Shown here piece after piece: positions 1 to 5,449 of a stretch of 8,143 nucleotides of DNA; within the stretch, counting starts at the first letter, position 1; each line of letters begins with the position of its first letter. Source of the stretch: Promethearchaeota archaeon (GTDB lineage: Archaea; Asgardarchaeota; Odinarchaeia; Odinarchaeales; JBHLKK01); NCBI GenBank assembly GCA_048939465.1, contig JBHLPL010000087.1, positions 1 through 8,143 of the forward strand. The letters run 5' to 3'. The notes under the pieces are model-generated. The model did no database searches, was not told the DNA's origin, and saw nothing but the letters and a program-made list of their open reading frames with translations. The translations under genes and the position numbers were made by a program.

Positions 1-2
1 GA

Positions 3-431
3 GGGCTGGCCCAACTGGTGGCTGGGATGTGGGAATTCAAGAAAGGAAATACGTTCGGGGCAACTGCCTTCAGTTCTTTTGGCTGTTTCTGGTTTGCTTT
101 TGCTTTCATATTGTTGTTCGAATCTCTTGGCATAATTCAACCAGTTCCTCCAGAAGGGCTGGCGATTTTCCTGGGTGGCTGGGGACTTTTCACAGGTTAT
201 ATGACGATAGGTACGTTTAGAATATCTGTAGCAATACAGGTAGTCTTCATAACTCTTACGATACTGTTTTTCCTGTTAGCAATAGGCCAATTCATTCCAA
301 TCCTTCATACAATCGGTGGATGGGAAGGAATCTTCTGTGGCTTCAGCGCTCTCTACACTTCCGCCGGGATTGCCATAAATGAAACTTGGGGAAAAGAGCT
401 TGTGCCGCTGGGACATGTGAAGAAAGAATAA
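3..431 (+). CDS. satP: Acetate/succinate uptake transporter, SatP (GPR1/FUN34/YaaH) family; 5'-truncated by window edge
   Basis: Frame is open from base 3 (GLAQLVAGMWEFKKGNTFGATAFSSFGCFW), matching the family's GxxQxxAG..GNTFGxTAFxSxGxFW segment. Several hydrophobic TM stretches follow; TAA stop at 429-431. The track start at 18 is internal. Confidence 0.9.
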   Translation, partial: GLAQLVAGMWEFKKGNTFGATAFSSFGCFWFAFAFILLFESLGIIQPVPPEGLAIFLGGWGLFTGYMTIGTFRISVAIQVVFITLTILFFLLAIGQFIPILHTIGGWEGIFCGFSALYTSAGIAINETWGKELVPLGHVKKE

Positions 432-493
432 GACTACTATCTCCCCCTTCTTTTGACGGTCTTTCTATATCTTAAGGCGACAAGGATCCTTCT

Positions 494-700
494 CTATCCA
501 CAGTGGTAGCAAGTTGTCCTGTCAAACTCTACAATTATATCTGAAATCTTTCTTTTTTGCTCGCTTGTGAATGTTATCTTTCCGCATTTGGGACATTTCA
601 AACAATCGACATCATGAAAAACTATAATGCCGAATCTGAATTCCGTTTTGCCTTCTTTGAGTTCAGTATTGCAATCAGAACACTTCGGGGAGTCCGTCAA
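494..700 (-). CDS. Small YgiT-type (MqsA N-terminal-like) zinc-finger protein
   Basis: CSDC...(HDVDCLK)CPKCG spacing resembles YgiT-type Zn ribbons, with an extra C-terminal CYHCG. I prefer the TTG at 700 because GAGGTGA (712-706) is a Shine-Dalgarno-like motif just upstream; the track start is 721. Confidence 0.7.
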   Translation of the reverse strand: MTDSPKCSDCNTELKEGKTEFRFGIIVFHDVDCLKCPKCGKITFTSEQKRKISDIIVEFDRTTCYHCG

Positions 701-769
701 CCTTTTCACCTCTTGAAACAAGAGTGCCTGCGATTTAGACAGCTGACTAATGACTTAATGACAAAAGCA

Positions 770-785
770 CTTTTAAGCCTTTTAG
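770..785 (-). promoter_or_regulatory. Putative archaeal BRE/TATA promoter for the zinc-finger gene
   Basis: Minus strand reads CTAAAAGG-CTTAAAAG (purine-rich BRE-like, then TATA-like), about 70 bp upstream of the preferred start. Confidence 0.45.
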
Positions 786-841
786 TTACTTCTCCAAGAA
801 GTCTGGCACGCAATCTTGTCACAGTCCGGCTGGAGAAATTG

Positions 842-853
842 GAACATATGTTC
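842..853. promoter_or_regulatory. Perfect 12-bp palindrome GAACATATGTTC, candidate transcription-factor operator
   Basis: Self-reverse-complementary intergenic sequence with partial extension in the AT-rich flanks (836-859). Confidence 0.3.
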
Positions 854-871
854 TAAATTCCCCGACCGGAT

Positions 872-900
872 AATAGGGATATACTATACCCTATTTTTTT
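872..900 (+). terminator. Stem-loop followed by T7 (terminator-like on + strand), overlapping the phosphatase stop codon
   Basis: AATAGGG (872-878) pairs with CCCTATT (889-895), with an inner 3-bp stem, and T run 894-900. The T run is also the antisense of the phosphatase's terminal Lys-Lys codons, so it may be incidental. Confidence 0.25.
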
Positions 901-1754
901 GTGACCGGCAGGATTCCCAAGCTGCCATCTTCGTCCAGCTCTGCGATTTTTGCGTCTATTGGCTTTGCGTAATTCTTGGCTGAGAATATACTCAAAATCC
1001 TATTGCCAAAAAAGAAGCGATACCCGTCCGATAAAGCCTGATGTGCTCTGATCAGCAAATCTAGCTCATTCTTCTCTGCAAATTGATTGAAGGCATCCTC
1101 GCCAAAGCAAAAGATTTCTAACCCCCTCATGCTTTCGACGAATCCCTTAACACCCTCGATGGGGTCATTCCATAGGATTTGGTATGCAATCGGATCCGTT
1201 ATTGTGACCTGCCTTGGAATTTGCCTCAATTGATCTATACTATTGAGTTGCTTGGCAAGGCCCCCATGAAGGCATAGTACTCTTTTGCCGATTAGGCAAC
1301 TGTAGGGTAGATATGAAAATAGGTTGTTGTACGATCTATAGAATTCTTGAGTCAGATTCTTCATGACTGCGTCAAGAAAGCCGTACCGTGAATTAGTCTC
1401 AGGGGTCTCATGATTTCCTCTGAGCAAAACAACCCTTTGTGGATAAAGAAGTTTCAAACACAGAATGTAGTTCATGTTCTCGATTTGATGGCGTCCACGG
1501 TCGACGTAATCTCCGAGAAAAACTATATGTCTATACCCCTTATCCAGGAACCTCTTGGCGATTGATACTGTCGATTCCAAGTCTCCATGAGTATCTCCTA
1601 CAAACAGGGTTTTTACATTATCAAACTCAACAAGAGCCGGTTCTCGCCCAAGTACGCTTAGAGTTCTGTCGATTAGGAGAGCAATCTCTCCTCTTTTGAG
1701 TTCAAATATCTGCTCGGGATTTTCCAGTATCTCTCTTAATCTCGAATCAAACAT
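891..1754 (-). CDS. PPP-family Ser/Thr protein phosphatase, PP1/PP2A-like (calcineurin-like metallophosphoesterase fold)
   Basis: All PPP signatures in order: GDTHG, GDYVDRG, LLRGNHE, YGF, CLHGGL, LWNDP, RG..FG, RAHQ..DGYRFF, SIFSAKNY (cf. PP1 GDIHG, GDYVDRG, LRGNHE, HGG, WSDP, RAHQ..DGYEFF, FSAPNY). Confidence 0.93.
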   Translation of the reverse strand: MFDSRLREILENPEQIFELKRGEIALLIDRTLSVLGREPALVEFDNVKTLFVGDTHGDLESTVSIAKRFLDKGYRHIVFLGDYVDRGRHQIENMNYILCLKLLYPQRVVLLRGNHETPETNSRYGFLDAVMKNLTQEFYRSYNNLFSYLPYSCLIGKRVLCLHGGLAKQLNSIDQLRQIPRQVTITDPIAYQILWNDPIEGVKGFVESMRGLEIFCFGEDAFNQFAEKNELDLLIRAHQALSDGYRFFFGNRILSIFSAKNYAKPIDAKIAELDEDGSLGILPVTKK

Positions 1755-1816
1755 TGTTTACAGAGCCTCGCATCCGATTCAATAGGATCATCGCATTCCG
1801 ATCTCCTTTGCCCAGG

Positions 1817-2662
1817 CTAGGATTCAATAAGGGATCTTAATACCCGTAGGTTCTCAACGTAGCTTATTTCTCCGCCTGGGGTCTCCAAGATCATTGGTAT
1901 ATCTTGAAGCCTCCTGTCGTTAACCAGCAATCTAAACCCCTCAAGGCCGATCTCTCCACTTCCAATATTCTCGTGCAAGTCCCGTCTGCTGCCGAGTGGC
2001 TGTTGGGTGTCATTAAGATGAATCACTTTAAGCTTGTCGATCCCCAAAATACCGTCGAATTCATCCATTGTGGTATTATAGGCTTCTTCTTCTCTCAGGT
2101 CATATCCCGCTCCGAAAACATGGCATGTGTCAAAACAGACGGCAACCCTGTCTTTGCATTCAACGAGATCTATTATGTCTGCAAGCTGCTCGAATGTGTA
2201 GCCAAGGCTTGTTCCTTGACCTGCTGTGGTTTCAAGTAAGGTCTGTAGCTCGGACCCTTCGTCTCTGTTTAGTACTTCGTTCAAAGCTCTGGCTATGCGA
2301 TATACGCCTGCCTCTTCTCCCGATCCCATATGGGCTCCCGGGTGGAACACCAGATACCGTATGCCCAAGGCCTCAGCTCTGACCATCTCCTCATAAAATG
2401 CCTCAACTGATCTCCTATACAGCTCGGCATTTGGACTCGCCAAGTTTATCAGATAGGTGTCATGAACTACTGCTTCTCTCAATCCGGTATTGATCATTTC
2501 ATTCTTGAAATTGAGGATTTCATTTTGAGTCAGAGATCTTGCATACCACTGTCTTTGGTTCTTGGTGAAGATCTGTATGGATTCGCATCCGAGTTCTTTG
2601 CCTCTGCTCGGGGCCCTGTCTATTCCGCCTGAGATTGAAACGTGGGCACCTAACCAACCCAT
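1817..2662 (-). CDS. nfo: Endonuclease IV (AP endonuclease, deoxyribonuclease IV)
   Basis: GAHVSI, QIFTKNQRQW, HDTYLINLAS, HPGAH, LETTAGQG, CFDTCH, HLND, DLHENIG and ILETP are the canonical EndoIV metal-binding motifs; 281 aa. Confidence 0.96.
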   Translation of the reverse strand: MGWLGAHVSISGGIDRAPSRGKELGCESIQIFTKNQRQWYARSLTQNEILNFKNEMINTGLREAVVHDTYLINLASPNAELYRRSVEAFYEEMVRAEALGIRYLVFHPGAHMGSGEEAGVYRIARALNEVLNRDEGSELQTLLETTAGQGTSLGYTFEQLADIIDLVECKDRVAVCFDTCHVFGAGYDLREEEAYNTTMDEFDGILGIDKLKVIHLNDTQQPLGSRRDLHENIGSGEIGLEGFRLLVNDRRLQDIPMILETPGGEISYVENLRVLRSLIES

Positions 2663-2696
2663 AAAAGATCCCTATTGATTAGGACATCAAAAACCA

Positions 2697-2717
2697 CTTA
2701 AAAAGATTCTATCTTTC
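2697..2717 (-). promoter_or_regulatory. Putative BRE/TATA promoter of nfo, with overlapping 6-3-6 inverted repeat
   Basis: Minus strand GAAAGATAGAATC-TTTTTAAG ends 35 bp before the ATG at 2662. AAAGAT-tct-ATCTTT at 2702-2716 is an inverted repeat. Confidence 0.5.
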
Positions 2718-2925
2718 AATCGATACTTTTCTGTCAGATCAACCTACGTGAATCTTACGAATAACGTTCTAACGTTTAGCGCTGGAATCCGCAACCCGAC
2801 GAGCATTCTTAGCCGCCTGCTGGGCTCCCTAGAAGTAGGTTCTTTAATAGCCTCTTATTATCTCCCGTATTCTGTTGTTTTCTCCCACAAGAGAATGAGG
2901 TTTTTGGTTACTTATCTCTGCAATG

Positions 2926-3387
2926 TTACTCTAGCTTAAGAAAGGTTAAATCATATGAGTCTAAATGCAACTGCCTCAAGCCCCCTGTCTCCAGAGATTT
3001 ATGGCATAGAAGTGCGAAAATGTCCTCAAAACTTATCTGCTCATATTGATCAAACATTTTTGCTCGAATGTATGTTATCCATTCTTCATCTGCATATGTC
3101 GGAGAGAATCTCTGAGTTTCCAGTATCTTGTACGCGTGTTGCATGGCTTCTTCAAGCCTTTCAAACTTCATCTCTATGAGTTTCAATGGGTCCGCATTGA
3201 CAAGCTGAAGAACAATTTCTTTATGTTCTCCTGAATTATGAGAAGCCAAGGTAATCTTGTTCTTAGGGTAAATTCTGTTCACGAGAATAAGAGATAGTTC
3301 CTTTTGGGATACCCTCATTTTGTCAAGTTTTGGTGTTTCCCAGAATGTCTCAACCCTTTGAAGATTTATGGGCTTTTTTGACACCAT
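2926..3387 (-). CDS. Hypothetical protein, 153 aa, no recognised family
   Basis: Long ORF filling the space, ATG preceded by GAGGAAATGAAAT, globular-protein-like composition. Overlapping + strand ORFs are shorter and less plausible. Confidence 0.7.
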   Translation of the reverse strand: MVSKKPINLQRVETFWETPKLDKMRVSQKELSLILVNRIYPKNKITLASHNSGEHKEIVLQLVNADPLKLIEMKFERLEEAMQHAYKILETQRFSPTYADEEWITYIRAKMFDQYEQISFEDIFALLCHKSLETGGLRQLHLDSYDLTFLKLE

Positions 3388-3451
3388 ATTTCATTTCCTC
3401 GCAGTTCTTCTGCAGGGAGGGGCACGACTTTGGTCTCGGCCTCTTGACGGG

Positions 3452-3510
3452 GTGCTTATATTGCTTGATCCTCCGACATATGGTTGTGTTGCCCCAATAC
3501 TTAAATTCCG
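3452..3510. promoter_or_regulatory. Divergent promoter region between the orphan (-) and the GTPase operon (+)
   Basis: CTTATATT at 3455-3462 reads as TATA-like on both strands (AATATAAG on -). A second AT box, ACTTAAAT, lies at 3499-3506. Confidence 0.4.
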
Positions 3511-3514
3511 CTAA

Positions 3515-3943
3515 ATGGAGGGAGCTGTTATACTCGAAGGAATTTCCGTAGGAGACAAGCAAACCAAACTGGAGGAGATACTGGATAGATTAAAGCGCAA
3601 CGCCGCACTCCTCGATGTTGTTTATGCGTCAAATGAAGGTATGACAATCGCTTATTCTTCGACCCTGCCAGAGACCAAGATTGACCTGATCTCGGCTTTG
3701 GGAGCTGCCAAAATATCGCTTGCGAATGACTTTTCAACCAATGTGTATAACTCCTCGACTCCCGCTCCGTTCAGGAAACTCATCCTTGAACATGACGATC
3801 CTAGGAGAATGAATGGCTGCAGACGTGTAGTTCTCATGCCTCTTCTGGAAGGCATTCTCATAACTTTGTCTTCTGAGGTCAATCTGGGGCTCGTTCTTTT
3901 GGAAATGAGAAAAGCTGCACAAATAATCAATCAAATCATATAG
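3515..3943 (+). CDS. Roadblock/LC7 (MglB-like) domain protein
   Basis: Helix LEEILDRL, beta pair VVYASNEGMTIAYS (x-S-x-E/D-G), helix DLISALGAAKISLA, three strands, then C-terminal VNLGLVLLEMRKAAQII, the typical roadblock NLG..LEM..AA ending. It lies directly upstream of a small GTPase. Confidence 0.88.
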   Translation: MEGAVILEGISVGDKQTKLEEILDRLKRNAALLDVVYASNEGMTIAYSSTLPETKIDLISALGAAKISLANDFSTNVYNSSTPAPFRKLILEHDDPRRMNGCRRVVLMPLLEGILITLSSEVNLGLVLLEMRKAAQIINQII

Positions 3944-3953
3944 AGGATAAGAA

Positions 3954-4499
3954 ATGAGGCACCTTTACAAAATACTTGTGATAGGAGAAAGCGGAGTCGG
4001 AAAAACGACCTTTCTGTTGAGGTTTCAAACTGGGAAATATGTCCCAGCAACTTCTACGGTCGGGCTGAAGCCCATGATAATCGGGTTAAGAAACGGTTAC
4101 GGAGACGTGACTAATCTTCAGATTTGGGACTTCGGCGGTCAGGAACATTTTCGCTTTTTTCAGGATAGCTTCTGCAGAGGTGCACACGGAGCAATAATAG
4201 TGTTTGACACTACCGATAATTTCTCTTTCATCAAGATTGGTGGTTTTTGGCTCAACTTCGTTAAGAGAAATGCAGGATGCATACCTGTGATCTTGGTGGG
4301 AGCCAAGATTGATCTCTTCGATCGTCGGCTTATCTACGAGGAAGATGTTGAGCCACTGCATCAAGAAAACAATGAAATCAAGAAAGTGATATTCCTGAGT
4401 TCTAAGATTTCTCCCCCTGGGGTCATTGTTTCGGTATTTCAAGATTTAGTGGATTTTATCGACAAAGAGGGGATAAAAGCATGGACAATGAACAGGTGA
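3954..4499 (+). CDS. Ras-superfamily small GTPase, Rab/Roc-like
   Basis: G1 GESGVGKT (3984-4007), G2 T35 in STVG, G3 WDFGGQE, RabF-like NLQIW/FCRGA/IVFDTT, G4 AKID, G5 SSK; 181 aa. GAGG SD-like motif upstream. Confidence 0.95.
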   Translation: MRHLYKILVIGESGVGKTTFLLRFQTGKYVPATSTVGLKPMIIGLRNGYGDVTNLQIWDFGGQEHFRFFQDSFCRGAHGAIIVFDTTDNFSFIKIGGFWLNFVKRNAGCIPVILVGAKIDLFDRRLIYEEDVEPLHQENNEIKKVIFLSSKISPPGVIVSVFQDLVDFIDKEGIKAWTMNR

Positions 4500-5443
4500 T
4501 TCGATCGAAACTCATAAAGTGGGATGAAAAGCATTACAGGATGGAATGTCCTATTTGCGAAAGAAAGATACCTTTCAAGCTGAATTGGGACCAACATATG
4601 AAGAATATCAGAGAGACAGATGGCAACCCATACGGAATATCAATCATCCATGGCGAGGGAGATAGTGTTCATGCCCTGACCGTCTTTGTGGACAGGGAAG
4701 GAATTACGAGACGAGGAAATGTGTCTGATAGAGTCCTCATAGTGACTAGAAAAAAGCTTGCGAAAAAGAGAGAGGAGTCAGAATCCCCGGAGTCTGATGC
4801 TCTGACAGTTCCATCTCCGTCGCCGAAAAGAACATGGCTCCAGGTCTTTCAGGAGGATCCTGAGGCCAATGTGGAGCTAATAGTCTTCAACAGGAACATG
4901 AGGAGCTATGGAGGTTTCTACAGAGAATTACGCCCCTCGAAATTCTTTGAACTAGTCAGTTCATCGATTAACGGACCGATCCAGCTCATGAACGAAGGAA
5001 TTGTCCACATAATTCCTGCAGAGAAACATACGTTTGTTTTGAGGGACGGAAAGAATATCAAGAGAATAGAACCACTAGTACGTTTCTTCAACAAGATTGA
5101 CAGCGTGACATCAATCGAAAGACTTCATAGAACGATCCTAAGAATTCTTGTACAATATATTTCACTTCCATCAGAAGCCTTCCTTGATGACGCGTTAATC
5201 ATGGTCAAGGATCTGCACAAATTGGTCCGAATCGATTTTGATGACATTCCTGAGTCGGCTTGGGATACGGTTCTGGGAGCGCTTGGAAAAGTATTGTCGT
5301 CCAAAAGACTGGAAGAAAAAGTGTGGAATATGGAGCTCTACAGACTTCTAGAGATGCTCCCTCTAGATGACTCTGTCTTATTTGGTGACGTAATCAAAAA
5401 CTACCCAAATCTAAAGAGTTTGGGGATTATCCGTGCGTGGTGA
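4481..5443 (+). CDS. Hypothetical 320-aa multidomain protein: N-terminal CxxC/His putative Zn-binding domain, charged Ser/Pro linker, alpha/beta (possibly longin-like) domain, helical C-terminus
   Basis: CPIC (4547-4558), HG and H-ALTVFVD (H at 4670); low-complexity linker KKREESESPESDALTVPSPSPKR. Overlaps the GTPase stop by 19 bp, consistent with translational coupling. Confidence 0.8.
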   Translation: MDNEQVIRSKLIKWDEKHYRMECPICERKIPFKLNWDQHMKNIRETDGNPYGISIIHGEGDSVHALTVFVDREGITRRGNVSDRVLIVTRKKLAKKREESESPESDALTVPSPSPKRTWLQVFQEDPEANVELIVFNRNMRSYGGFYRELRPSKFFELVSSSINGPIQLMNEGIVHIIPAEKHTFVLRDGKNIKRIEPLVRFFNKIDSVTSIERLHRTILRILVQYISLPSEAFLDDALIMVKDLHKLVRIDFDDIPESAWDTVLGALGKVLSSKRLEEKVWNMELYRLLEMLPLDDSVLFGDVIKNYPNLKSLGIIRAW

Positions 5444-5444
5444 T
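5439..5444 (+). promoter_or_regulatory. Shine-Dalgarno-like GGTGAT overlapping the upstream TGA stop
   Basis: GGTGAT lies 5 nt before the ATG at 5450 and matches the archaeal SD consensus (GGAGGTGA). Similar GGGGTGA and GAGGTGA motifs precede the HD and Zn-finger genes. Confidence 0.55.
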
Positions 5445-5449
5445 TAAAT

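Noticed and set aside
557-856. 99-aa + strand ORF
   Set aside because: Antisense to the better-supported Zn-finger gene and spans its promoter; no motif.
1439-2382. + strand ORFs 1439..1699, 1904..2239 and 2068..2382
   Set aside because: Shadow ORFs antisense to the phosphatase and nfo, which have complete motif sets.
1776-2680. Short imperfect repeats around nfo (GATTCAATAGGATC at 1776, GATTCAATAAGGGATC at 1821, inverted GATCCCTATTGATT near 2667) suggesting a mobile cassette
   Set aside because: Matches are short and gapped, one copy is coding, there is no transposase or target-site duplication, and such matches are expected by chance in 8 kb.
2781-2829. tRNA-like fragment on the - strand (GGGTTGCGGATTCC resembling a T-arm)
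   Set aside because: I could not build an acceptor stem, D-arm or anticodon arm.
2748-2939. 63-aa + strand ORF in the nfo-orphan gap
   Set aside because: GTG start without a clear SD, no recognisable features, overlaps the 153-aa gene end.
3350-3562. Basic, Cys-containing 70-aa - strand ORF, superficially like a small ribosomal Zn protein
   Set aside because: No CxxC pairs, and it overlaps both flanking genes and the divergent promoter.
3528-4442. - strand ORFs 3528..3737, 3652..3930, 3734..3934 and 4086..4442
   Set aside because: Antisense shadows of the roadblock and GTPase genes.
3515-4499. Calling the pair mglB-mglA
   Set aside because: The GTPase has a WDFGGQ G3 and Rab-like motifs, not the MglA TVPGQ and Arg finger; no gene symbols assigned.
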